NCBI GenBank assembly: GCA_051294375.1
Contig: CM119266.1
Span: 21,404,305-21,468,304 of the forward strand
Length of the DNA stretch: 64,000 nucleotides
Direction: 5' to 3'
Source of the DNA: Paraspadella gotoi
Taxonomy: Eukaryota; Animalia; Chaetognatha
Below, in pieces: positions 12,620 to 24,974 of this stretch. Below the pieces are notes generated by a model. That model was not told where the DNA came from. It made no database searches and saw nothing but the letters and a program-made list of their open reading frames with translations. Position 1 is the stretch's first letter. The number at the start of each line of letters is the position of its first letter. A program made the translations under genes and the position numbers.

Positions 12620-13240
12620 CAATGTTAAAAAGAAGGAGGCAAAGTTAAAAAAATTAGGCAGCTAAAAAAAATGATGCCTAATTCTAAAAAAATGATGCAG
12701 TTAAACAAACAATGCAGAATCAAAGAATATTTACAAATTGAAGAAAATGTGAGTTGAAAATGAAGAAGTTTCAAAAAAATACATTCAAAGCAAATTAAAA
12801 AATATATGGTGAAATGTAAAAAATGAAATGAATTAAAAAATAGGATGCAAAGTTTAAAAAAATGATACAATTGTAACAAAAATATGCAAGTTAAAAATGA
12901 AGGCTAGTTTAATAAAAATGATACAAGTTAAAAAAAAATGATTCAAGATGAAAACATGATTCAAGTAAAAAATAAATGCGAAATTGAAAATACTATTACA
13001 AATTAAAAAAAATAATGCAATTCAAAAAAATGATATAGGTTAACGAAAAATAATGCAATTAACAAAAATTAATTCAAGTTATAATAATATAAGATAAAAA
13101 AATAATGCATTTAAAAAATAATGGGCCAGTTTGAAAAATGATGCCGAGTTAAAATAATAATGCAAAATCAAAAAAAGGTGCAAGTTTAAAATGACGCAAG
13201 ATAAAAAACAATTATTGATTAATAAAATGAATAAAGTTAA
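12620..13240 (+). repeat. Degenerate A-rich minisatellite, unit about 20-22 bp (consensus approx. AAAAAATGATGCAAGTT)
   Basis: Repeated AAAAATGAT(G/A/T)CAAGTT-like units across about 600 bp. Confidence 0.7.
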
Positions 13241-14294
13241 AAAATAAATAGAATAGATATGAATAAATGATTTAATATAATATTCATGGGAATAGAATTA
13301 AGCTATTAATTATCTTTTGTTTGAAAATAAAAAAGGATATAAGATTGATGAATGATGTATTAAGAAAAAGATTAACTAAAAATATATGCCTTTTGTACTT
13401 AAACTTATTAGATAAAAAAACTCAATATATAAGGACAGAAACAAGAAATATCTGTGTGCTCTTTTTGTGAATAAAAATATTATTTATCTATATAGTAATT
13501 ACCAGTATGGCAAAGACTGATAAACGCTTCTTTTAATTAGGCAAATTCTAAATTTGAAAAAAAGAAACAATCCTTTTTAGAACAACAGAAAGGTTATAAT
13601 TTTGGCCAAATCTAACATATTATAGATTTAATCGCTATAAAAAAAACATATACAAAGAAGTGCAGAAGAGCCGACGCGCAAGTTTGTTTTGCTTGCTGCA
13701 CAGGCAATTCGCCTTCCCTTCGCTCCCGAATTTTTGACTCACTAGTCCAAGTTCGACGCCACGGTCAAAAAACATTGCGCCTCCTGCGCGTTTTCAACTC
13801 CAGCGAGCATCCGGCATCGCGCTCTCTTAGACATCTAACATGAGACACTACTTTTCGTTTTTTACAGGTCACCTTTTGAAAATAAAGAGAAAATACCTAT
13901 TGGCTTTAAGAATCGATCTCAAGAACGCCACAGAATTCAAAGGCAGAGAGAGATAAAGAAAATATGGCAGATAGATGAATGTATTTTCAGCTGCAAGTAT
14001 GTATATAGAGTCAACGTAATGTTCGTAACAGTTTTATAGGATATCTCATTTTGGGTATGCCCAGCCTTTGAGGCGAGACAGTATAGTTCTCTTTGAAAAA
14101 GATGAAAAGCAGTAAGTACTAATACATTTGAAATAATATATTGTACACAACTAAATTAGCTATATTTAGTTCACTTTCAAATAATTTTCATTATTGATGT
14201 GCAATTAAAAGAGGACAATAAATACCAATTGACTATTAACTACATAATCATAATATTAGGAAGCATCTTCGAAAACTCCAAAATTTTGTATCTA

Positions 14295-15750
14295 ATATTT
14301 TTAATTTCCATAAAATTCAGTTCCTTGTTATTTTGATGCTAGTGGCTGGAGTACAAGATAATATTCCCCGATCTAAGTACTTAAGGGGAGTGGTCTTTTC
14401 ATTACAATTTGAAACATTCTTTGAAACGGTATGTATACCTACTTTCATTGATGAGGAAGCCCTAGGTTCATTGGGAGTCGAATAAACAAGACTGTGAAAG
14501 AAGTCTTTGAATGAAAGCTTTGCAGTAAACCTGCAATGTTATTATCTGTAGAGTGTGATGGACGCCGTTAAACGCACGCAAAGCCTGTCGCAAAGTCAGG
14601 GACAAGATAGCTTATTTATTTTTATATTTGTTGTACCAATTTTTCATCTCAATAATTGTATATAGCCCAAACCTAAGCCTCAGAAGAAAGTAACGTATTA
14701 CGTTAAACAACTGCTCTGTGGATTGAATGAAATGATGGTATTGATAGTATAATGCATGATGGGTGCGGAGAGAGAAAATTGGCGGGCCCTTTTCCCCGCC
14801 AGCTGGGCGCGGCGCCTGGGCGGGGCCCTCCCTGCTCTCCATATTTTAGTTTTTTATGTTTTCGATTACGCGACGTTTCTGCACTAGTGCTCAACTTCTG
14901 CCCTCGCTCCTTCTTTTTTCCTTGTTCTTTTTTCTCTTCTTTTGCTTTTTCTTAACCTTATTTTTCTTCTTTTTTTTCTTTTCTTCTTTATTTGCTTCTT
15001 CTTTTTTTCTTTTTCTTCTGTTATTTCCTCTTAGCTTTCTCTCTTCTCAGCCATCCGGCCCCCGCTGGGGCCCGGGCCCTCCGCCTGAGGCGAAATAAAA
15101 CCCTGCTTGCTCTCGCCGGCCCCTGCTGTAATAAATATTTTACTTAGTATGAATACGATTGCGAAACAGCAATTATTATTGATTCTTTTTTGTGAGACAA
15201 TAGACGAATTCTGAAATCTAAAAATAATAACTAAAGTTTCATGAGTTAAGAATTAATATCGAACTTTACAAATTCTTGATACGTTATTAGGCACAACTTT
15301 CTCTTTATTATCAAAATCACTAAATAACTATGTTTTGAAGATTAATATTTACATGTACCATAGCGACACTAATAGCTTTATTTCAAATGAAATTTTTCAG
15401 AGTGGTCGGCGAAATACTACGAAAGGAAGTTTAAGTCGTCTCTATGCTTTTAGCAGATATTTTCGCAATACAGCGTGACTTTGATGGTATAGAAACAAAA
15501 AAACCGAAAAAATGGTTTTGCGTAAGAGAAACGTAAAAAGAAAAGACTCTGATATTAATAAAGCTTTATCAATGTTGATTGGCAATCACAAATGACCAAG
15601 GGACACAGGTTAGGTCTGCTACATGTTTTCAATTTTCGATTAGTTAAATCGAATACAAAACGAAACATGGTGATACAAAACTTGTAACTTAACATTACTA
15701 AATTGTTAAATTGTAACTTCTCACTACGTATTTTATTTTGTATTTATTTT
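14295..15750 (-). repeat. Right arm of the long inverted repeat, interrupted by about 650 bp of other sequence
   Basis: Reverse-complement match to 8680-8890/9751-9965 and to 9270-9735. The 14400-14590 part is insertion-rich. Confidence 0.75.
14758..15126. mobile_element. Putative MITE with GC-rich ends and a CT-rich core
   Basis: The right end CTCTCGCCGGCCCTG (CAGGGCCGGC-type TIR) faces a degenerate left end GGGTGCGGAGAGAG. GGGCCC sub-terminal motifs occur at both ends. No TSD was confirmed. Confidence 0.4.
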
Positions 15751-16350
15751 TAGTTTCGGATCTGGCGCGCTTATGCTGCAGTCCGGCGCGACTCTATAAA
15801 GCTCACTTTTTCGAGTCCCGTGCGGTCCGCCGCCTCAATATTGTCGGAGGCACGCGACAGCGCTTAATATCATGTCAGAACATATCGAATTATGATAAAT
15901 TATGGCAAAATTTGGCTGAAAATCCATTCTCCTCACTCTGGCCATTTCTTATCTTCTCTGCCTTTGAATTCTGTAGGCTTGAGATGATCTTAAACCAAAT
16001 GGTTTTTCTCTTTTATTTTCAAAGGTGACCTTAAGAGTCTTATCCCATTCAGTGCTCAAATTTCCTTCATTTCTATTTACTGTTTTAAGTTTATTCTTTT
16101 TAATGTGAATACTTTCTAAGGACAGTCTTTTTAATTTGTTATTTTCTTGTTCTAATATTTTACATTCATCCCAAATAACCCCTGGGTCAGGAAATTGACA
16201 GATATTAGTGAATCAAAAAGATGTTCTAAAATAGCAGAATCTTTTATTTTATTTTTAATTTTGATTTTAATGTATAATCACAATAAAATAATTAATAAAA
16301 CATCGACCTAATTCTTTTTTTATCTTTTCCTTTTTATTATGCAATATTGC

Positions 16351-16936
16351 TGTAGTTGGGCATAGCAAAGTTCACCCCACCTCTAAGCATGACACCTTCA
16401 GTCGTGACCTGGTGGCTCATTGAGTAAAGCCATCAGCTCATGACCATTAGGTACCGGGTTCAATCCTAACCCGGTACCTACCCTGCGGGAAGTGTGAGGA
16501 CGGCTGTAAGCCGCCTTGGGGGCGTGGAAAACCCTCAAGCCTGGTTCCAAGCCCAGGACCCGTTTCCATGGCTGCTAGAGGGGGTTATAGAAGTTATGGA
16601 CAGTCATCTGCAGCACACTTAGCGCCTTTTCCACACTGGTGAGCCCATCCTGTCGAGCATATTCCAACCTTCTGATTCCAGGCCCATGGACGTGCTGAAG
16701 ATTGCTCCCCTCCCTCCACTGGAAGCAGTGCAGGGTGGGTTACAATCTGGGGGGCATGTAGTCGGGCATAGCAAAGTTCACCCCGCCTCTAAGCATGATA
16801 CCTTCAGTCGTGACCCGGTGGCTCATTGAGTAAAGCCATCAGCTCATGACCACTAGGTACCGGGTTCAATCCCAACCCGGTACCTACCCTGCGGGAAGTG
16901 TGAGGACTGCCGTAAGCCGCCTTGGGGGCGTGGAAA
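16351..16936 (+). mobile_element. Non-autonomous retroelement: two about 180-bp direct repeats (16351-16530, 16757-16936), each with a tRNA-like Pol III module, flanking about 226 bp of GC-rich sequence (TRIM-like or tandem SINE)
   Basis: Both repeats begin TGTAGT(T/C)GGGCATAGC. Each has an A-box-like TGGCTCATTGAG and a B-box GGTTCAATCC set in a perfect 11-bp hairpin GGTACCGGGTT/AACCCGGTACC. The copies differ only by a few substitutions. Confidence 0.75.
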
Positions 16937-19920
16937 GTAGAATCATTGTTAAAAACATTTTTTTTGTTTTTTTAAATCTCAAACATAACATTACATAGTA
17001 AAAGACTTTAAAAAGTAAAAACAAGTCTAATTAAAATTTCACTTATTATTTGTAAACAAAAAAAAACATAACTAAAAAAACTATTTTTATATGTAATAAC
17101 AAATGTAAAATTTGTAAAGGAAGGAAGCGATGTGCACTCGAAACCGAAAGCGATCCGGGCTAAAAAAAGTAAGGATTGCACTCGAAATCGGAAGCGGGAG
17201 GGGTCTTGGGAATCGCGGCATTGGCAGCGGTGAAAAATTGATCGCTTCCACATCTCTGATTATGTTACTTCCAGAAATAATTTGTTTTCTTTTATATTAT
17301 TGACATGAAAAGACCAAATCAAACTATAAATCTTTTGCCAAAATCATGACTCTGAAACAAATAATTTATCATTACGGTAGTTACAAGAGCAATGACAAGA
17401 GAGGCCTTGTTATAAAACAACCTACTCGTTTATTGATTTAATAAATAATTTTAGGTTTTGGTTGTCAGAATTTTAAAATAGTTAATTTTTTTTTTAATTT
17501 ATATTTTTTTAGATACAAATCATTTGTTTCTTTTTGCTGCCGAAAAAGTCCGCTAAAAGAAATAGTCGCATCGTTTTGTATGTTGTCTTTTGTTTTTCAC
17601 TTTATTTCATTAGAATCAGAATTTAGAATTTAAATTCAGAATAACAACGAATGACGACGGACGATAACGATATCCATATTATCCATAAGCTGATTACTGA
17701 AAATTATGATGGGTAAAAAATGAAAAATTATTAAACGTTTTTAGTTTAACATGTGCAAGTTTATACGAAACGTTCCACCTTCATTAATTAATGTAGTGAT
17801 AAGACATGGCGTTATTATGTACAGATTTAAAAAATATGTTGATCGTTTCTCAATAATAGATACGCTACTAATTGTATAATCGTTTTTTACTTTCGTAGGA
17901 AAGATTTTAGATTTGTATTTAAGATAAATTAATCAATGTCCGAAATCAGCCGATTAAACATCTAAAAATGCCAGTAGAGCTTTTAGTCCGAGGAATAATT
18001 TTGAATTAAAGCCCTGAAAAGTTTGGAATCGATAAATCACAAAGAATAACACGAAAGAAATTTATTATTAACCAGTAACCACGCAATCCTATGCAAATCA
18101 AAATCGAAAACACGTTTCCCCAATTCAAATGTTTACCGGAGCGCGTGATGACTAATTCATTTTATCAAAGACTAATTTAACTAATAGTGAAAACTGACTA
18201 AAATACAGAAGATGTGTTTTTGCGAATTAACCTTCATTTGAAGGATTCTTTAGACTTTATTTTCGTTAAATGTTTCTGGATAAATTATTGGGGCAATCGA
18301 AAAAAGAATAGCTTTATCATTTATTCTCTGACCTACATATTCTGTATAAATAATTCTGTTTTTTACTACATAGAAGCTCCAAGGCTATAAGAATAGGAAA
18401 AGGGACAAGGAAAATACATTCCTTCTTAAAATAAAACCACAGATGATGGTTTACGTGAATAAGGTTTGTTTGCCAAGCGAAGAGAGAGGCGATAAAAAAA
18501 ATCGATCAACCCGCGCGTGAATTCGGCATGCCCTTCTCTATAGCGTCAATTAACAATAAAAGCGAAGTGGCGATTGTTCTTTTCTGCTCTAAAAAAGTTT
18601 TTTTTTTATTTGGAATCGTGTTCTAAATTATTCCCATGTGTGTGCGGTTAGTCTGTTCGTGAATAAGATTATTTTTCCGAGTCACAAAAATACTTTTAAT
18701 CTGTTCCTCTTTGCTCTCCGAGTCGACAGTCCTATAAAACGATGGATTGATTAGAGAAAGACTATTTTTCAAAACAAGGATATTCGCGACTTGATTTAAA
18801 AAGAATCACTTAATTGTGTTCACGTCATTCAAATCTATTCATTTTTGATATAAAAAAAAAGGAATAAATCTATCACACATCCACCACAAATTTCAAGAAC
18901 CGATTAAACTGAAAAAATTAACAAAGAGATTATATGAATCATTTGATTTCTAAAACATAATACTTTCTTTCTTCTTCTCCCGATCCTTGGCTTCAGATTC
19001 GAGTCAGCATATTCCTTTCTACAGTGTGTGCCCAATGGTACTGTCGGTTAACTTTTACATATTGTGCGGAACTGTTGTATTTAAATGTTATTTCTGAGAT
19101 ATCAAGGTCAAGGATAAGTTTTTACCGGTTTATAATAAAATATTTTGAATTCAATTTTTATCAATTTTCTTTTGCAAAACATTCAATTTAAATGAGTCCT
19201 CATTTCTCAATTTTTTATTTTTAGATAATTTTTTTATTTTAAAATAAATTTTATAAAAAATTACTTAAAAAATATTTTAAATAGATATAAATTATTTAAA
19301 TTTTAATTTGTATAAAATAAGTGCATTAATAAAAAGAAATAAACAAATATTTAAAAAAATGTAAAAATTGATAAAATTACGCCAATTAATTGGATATTTA
19401 AATTCTATTATTTGATTCAATAATTTATTTTATTAAATCAATTCAAAAGTAATATTGAACAAGGTAAGTAGATAATTTTAAAAAATAATGATTACAGCAT
19501 TATAAAAGCTCTGGAGCTAAATATATGAGGTATTTTTTACTGTCCTGCATCTAAAAGATTTAAAACATTATTTTATCAATAATATTAAAAATATTTGATA
19601 AAAATTAAAAAATATATAATTTAAGAATTTTTTTAAAAAATCACTGAATAAAAATGTTTATCAATTGCTTTTAGTAATAACTACAAGAGTGTGCTTTGTT
19701 CAATTTTTAAAATTTAGGTATCCTATAAAATGGTCCATGCTTGTGCGCATATTCATTATAATGAATTAAAGTTTTTCGATCTGGTATAGGAGCAGTAAGC
19801 TTTTCTTAACAGACAATCGTTCTCAGATCTCGGAAAGAATTTTTGTTCTTTCCCTCAAAATTCTCGAGAAACTAGGATAATCGGACGAACTTCGTTCGAC
19901 TGTTCGGCGACGATGGAACA

Positions 19921-22283
19921 ATGAAGGCGATCGTCGCCAAACCTTCGATCGCTCATCTGAATCTGTCCCTCATCGATTCCGCTAATTCGAGAAACTTTCT
20001 CCTTCTCGTCTTCTTCTTCTTCGTCTTCTCCTTCAGCGTTTACAACTTCGGCCCGCGAAGACAATCTCAGTCGGACCCAATCAGACCGATCGGGTACGCG
20101 GGCGGTTCGAGGATTAAAGAGGAAAGGCGCGGGACTGTAAACGCGTCGACAATCGTGGCGAAGAAGAGTCACTCGACCGTGAACGCCCTCTTTCGTCAAA
20201 AAAACGCTTCAGTGGTCGCCGTCTCACCGAGAAAATCAACTTTGAAGACGAAAAACTCGATGAAACCTCGTAAATTTTCCACAAATCCTAAAAACGTAGA
20301 GAATACCCAACGACGGAAGGGCTCTCTACCAACGGCCAATGTTTTCTTGGCAACGCAGACGCCGCGAAGCGTTTGCCCGCGAGTGGCGGCGCGGCGTAAT
20401 GCCTCCGACTATTTCCGGTCACGTTTTAGGCCGGACGTCGCGACGATGTTAATCAGAAATGACATTTTGGACGAAAATAAATTTCAGGTGAATGTAGTAA
20501 ATCCCATTTTATTGAGGCAATGTTGACTATTTTAAGTTTTACATTACCATTTTACATTTCATTACTATTTTACGTTTTACATTACCATTTTACATTTCAT
20601 TACTATTTTACATTAGTTTATATCTCGTTACATCTCGTTACATTAGACATTAGTTGATTAACTCACCATTTTAAACCCCCATTTACCCTTTCCAGAACCT
20701 CTCCCGTCTCCCCGCCCCCTTCGGCCTTAAATACCCGGGCAAAGAGCAGGAGCTTCGCTTCCTCGCTTCCTTTCCATCTTTCCCTACGCAACGCTTCCTA
20801 CCTTTGCCGCCCGCTTTCTCCGGCTGCTTCTCCTGCGCCGTCGTCGGCGGCGGCGGCGTCCTTCGCGGCGCCAAGCTCGGCGCACGGATCGACGCCCACG
20901 ACGCCGTCTTTCGCGTCAACGTTGCCCGGCGTCGCGGCTTCGAGGTAGACGTCGGCAAACGAATGAACGTTTACGTCTCGTATCCTTATTCGTTTGAGAA
21001 GTTCGTCGCCGCCGATCCGGAAGCGTTCGACAGCGACGCCGGGAATCTGCAGAAGGTGTTGAGCCGATCGGGGGAAAAAAGGGAAAAGTGTTTGTAAACG
21101 GGGCGAGGAGATTGTTTAAATTGATCGGGATAGGCTACTAACTCTTCACAATGTTCTTTGACTGATCAGGAGAGTAAACGTCACTCATTTCAAAGAACTG
21201 CACTGTGTGCGGTGTGTAAGCTGCATAATTTAAACTTACCTAGATCTTATAAAATATAAGCTAAATAAACCTATGCGAGAAAAAATGTTCGTTATAGACT
21301 TTTAGTCTAGAACTTCAATTTGAATCTAATATTTTTCGCCCTTGTCTCTAAGGTTTTCGCCTTTTACGACCCCTACCACGCCGATCGTTACTTGTCATTT
21401 TTCGATCCCAAGAAGAAACACTGGAACACAGCGGATCGATCAGGTTTTCGAAACGTGAGAAACTTTTGGAAACCTGGTTCCATTCATTTTATTCATCCCG
21501 ACTTTTTTCGCTACGTCGACGCCGCCTTCTTGCGTCACAATGGGTAGGAAGTCGTTATATCATTCAATTTTGCTAGTGTAATTATGTTTATGTACGTGTG
21601 GATAAGGCGCTAAGTGGGGCTGAAGAGTACTATCCGCAACTTCTTTAACCCCCTCGAGCAGCCATGGAACGGGTCCTGGGCTTGGAAGGGTTTTCCACGC
21701 CCCCAAGGCGGCTTACGGCCGTCCTCACACTTTCCGCAGGTGTCATGCTTATAGGCGGGGTTAACTTAACTTAATGCTCGACTGTACATATGTCTCAAAT
21801 CTTATGAATGGTTAAATAAAGCGCTTACTGAGCTTCGGAGCTTCGGAGCTTCGGGTCAGGCTGTAGCACCCTGTTGCAGGCGGAATAAGCGCCCAGTCCC
21901 TCTTAACTCCGTATCCTTATGAGGGGTGGCGAATGACTTGCCGTAATTGTAACGAAAAAAAACAAATCAACAAGAAACATACTTACTCTGTCATATCAGC
22001 TCGTTTCTTAAATAATCAATTTCTATTTTTAAAAAATGTATCTCATTCTTTTATGTCATATTAAATGAGGTGGAAGCCGACAACTGGGTTCGTGACTGTG
22101 ATGCTCGCTCTCCATCTTTGCGACGAAGTCAGTCTCTTCGGTTTCAGCTACGGCGACAGTCCACTCCTTCACTATTATTCGGTGGAGAAAAATGTGAAGA
22201 AATTGACTCATCACAAGATCGAAGTTGAATACGAGGTTTACAAGACGCTCAACCAGAAGGGAATTATCAAGTGGGTGCGATGA
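19921..22283 (+). CDS. GT29 sialyltransferase, ST3Gal III/IV/VI-like type II membrane protein; join(19921..20487,20696..21055,21353..21543,22070..22283), 443 aa
   Basis: N-terminal TM segment (FLLLVFFFFVFSFSVY), a basic stem and the ST3Gal-type LPAPFGLK motif. Sialylmotif L is CFSCAVVGGGGVLRGAKLGARIDAHDAVFRVN...GFEVDVGKR, followed by SYP. Motif S is KPTTGFVTVMLALHLCDEVSLFGF, motif III is HYY, and motif VS is HKIEVE. Splice phases 0, 0, 2 join to 1332 nt with no frameshift. The last acceptor is an uncommon GAG. Confidence 0.92.
21638..21767 (-). mobile_element. Internally deleted copy of the 16351-16936 element in sialyltransferase intron 3
   Basis: The reverse complement matches about 16368-16594 but lacks the about 87-bp tRNA-like module and a short internal piece. 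Confidence 0.8.
21821..21892 (-). ncRNA. Degenerate structured element related to the 3055-3136 twister-like motif
   Basis: The minus strand reads GCGCUUA-UUCCGCC-UGCAACAGGGUGCUACAG-CCUGACCCGAAGCU(CCGAAGCU)x2-CAG-UAAGCGC. It has a 7-bp closing stem and a triplicated 8-mer. Confidence 0.25.
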
Positions 22284-24109
22284 ACGATGAACGTTTGAGA
22301 CTTTTACTTTTTTGTTAGATGTCAACTAAACCTAAATAAAATCCTCCGTTTCCTCATAATGGTAGAACCAGTCTATTCTAAGTATGTTTAATAACATATA
22401 AACGATAAAGATATACAAAGATTCTTTGTTGAATTTTAATCCAGTATTTGATAATGTTTCTTTCCGGATACTTTCTGTCGTAATAAATATTTTTTTTTCT
22501 GAATTTGGTTGCTATTACTCTACCCTTATTACTCATTAGTAAAGTTGTAAACGGAAATATGGTACGTATCCCCTTGCCTTCAAAGTTAATCTGCCAACGA
22601 GCCAAAGTTGGGACCGAATAATAAATGAAAAGGGATAAAAATAGATTACATTGTGTCGATGTCGATGTAAGGTCGAAGAAGATGATGAGCTTAAAATAAC
22701 TATTGATAGACGAGATAAGCATAGTTCTTCTTTTTGCAATGCCTCTTTAGACAGAGACAAAAGGCTGAGCGGCAGAAGGGGTAAGATGATGAGTGATGAA
22801 AACGAGGAGATTGCCTGACGCATAAATCACGAATTAACCGACGTAAAGCGAAAATTCTCTGCTTTTCTCATCGTCGAAGTAAGTCAATTTGAAATGTTAA
22901 CGCTTTATTTACAACCTTTTTTAGATTAACTACTACTCGGAATTTCTCGCCGTTTTTCTCACGGTTGTCGTTAGCTACGCCCTGTAATGATATTTAAAAA
23001 AAAAGTTTCCCCGAGTTTAAATATTTTGTTTTTCCCTGAAGCCATTTTTTTTCTTTTTCAGAAAAGATGGTTGATGGCAAAACTGTTCCGGTTCATACAA
23101 AGCGAGGGATTTATGAATCTTGTTTATCTCTACTTTTTTTTTCTCCTTTTCTTTTTCTTGGCCTAATTCGTCTGCCTATCCGACGTTTTTTTAAATCCTT
23201 ATTTGGTTTCCGCTTTCAATTTAATGATTGCATTTACTTCTTTCTTTGATTCCCAGTCACATGCTGATGTTAGAGATAGATAGATACAAAATGAGATTGA
23301 ATTCATTAATCTTATTAGCGTATAGTAGTAAAGGTAAAATTTTATTTTCACCGACCGGGGTTTTGGCGTTTTGAAAAACTTTTAAAAAATAGTTATTTAA
23401 ACAAAAAAATTTTAAAAAATTATTACTTAATTATCTTATCCCTTAATCCTTTTAACCTCCCCTTACTCTAAACAACCCCTAATCCACCCTTAAACCAAAA
23501 TCCCCTTTACCCCGGACCGCGAAAGTAAGTAGCTTAATTAATTGGTTTTGTATTCTTCTGAATTCTGATAGAATAATTATGACATTGGTGACGCGCTTAT
23601 ACTGACGGCTTATTTCCGTGTACACCTCTTCCTTTCCTCAACAACCCCTTCATATATCCCCCCCGTTCTAACCCCCTCTTCTCTGGCTCCCGCCGGCGGA
23701 GCTGTAATCATTAATGGTTATATTTTTTGCGCTGGGAATTCTTTGTTTTTTCTCCGGTCATTGATTTTATTTCTTTTCATTTGTCATATTTTTATGAGCG
23801 CAAAAAAAAAGTAGAAATTTCTCGGATGTAATGAAAATGAATAGAAAACAAAAGACGAGCGGCGCGCGATGCATCTTTCCGCGTCGCGTTCCTCGTTTTT
23901 CATGGAATGAACTCGAATGAAGGTTTTTGTTCTGTTACGAATTCAATTGCCATCTGATTTATTAATTCATAACTTTTGAATTTAAAAGCTCGAATCGAAA
24001 ACGAGTCAAAAACCAAAACCAGAAATTCATATTTTTTTTTGTTTCTTCTCTAAAAAAATCCATTCAATTTCGTTACTTGTCATGGTTTTGAAATCTTTCT
24101 CTTTCACTT

Positions 24110-24186
<77 letters not shown>

Positions 24187-24305
24187 CCTTTTCCCCTTCA
24201 TTGCTTCTCTTTTTTCATCTGATCAAACCTTGACGTAGCCCGTCGACGGAACCGTCACAAGTTTTTCGTCTCCGCCTTTAATAAAAATGTAATGAGTTTG
24301 AAGTG

Positions 24306-24337
<32 letters not shown>

Positions 24338-24974
24338 GTCCACAATGTAGCTGGTTCTCCCATCTCCTACTCTTCCGTTTCCCTTTTGTTCCGCAACACT
24401 CGCCACGGCGTTCGAGCGCCTTATTTGTCCCTTCGTCGGAATAACGATGGAATGAGAAAAGAATTAAACGGAAAGGAAAGAAATCTTTGGCGGGAAAAGC
24501 GAAGCGATTGTGGCGTTAATTCCTGCGTCGTTAATTGGTTTCCGGAGACCCATTGTTTTTTTTTTGTTTTTTTTTTTATGTTTTTTTATTTAACCGGAAG
24601 CGTCAAGCGGAAACATTGGCTTTTTTCACTCTTTGTTTTTATTAATTTTAAACTTAAAAAAAAAGATTTAAAGGCAGACCGAAAAAATATATCGCGGGGA
24701 TCCTAGCTGCTAACCCGAGGGCGGTCTCTCTAATATTTTGGTCTCAAAAAATTTCGGGGAAAAAAGAATCGAAAATGAACTTAAATCTCGGAGGAAAAAA
24801 AAGTAAATTATTGATTTTTCTAACTTAATGCTTTTTAAACTTATCGCATTTTTATAGTTTTTTGCCTACTCCTATAAATATAAATGTTTAATCATTTTTA
24901 CATTATTTTTCGTTTTTCGGATAAATGTTGATAATGTAGTGATATAATATCACGATACGACTGTTTCTTCCAAC

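Larger units (their letters stand above)
13866..16030. repeat. Pair of about 100-bp inverted repeats (13866-13970 and 15938-16030)
   Basis: GGTCACCTTTTGAAAATAAAGAGAAAA...CAGAATTCAAAGGCAGAGA matches in reverse complement TCTCTGCCTTTGAATTCTG...TTTTCTCTTTTATTTTCAAAGGTGACC. Confidence 0.7.

Noticed and set aside
16405-16480. Possible tRNA-Met gene (A/B boxes, CAT loop)
   Set aside because: There is no proper acceptor or anticodon stem, and it is embedded in a repeated element. Treated as tRNA-derived.
20537-20615. Short tandem duplication in sialyltransferase intron 1
   Set aside because: An ordinary AT-rich slippage repeat with no sign of function.
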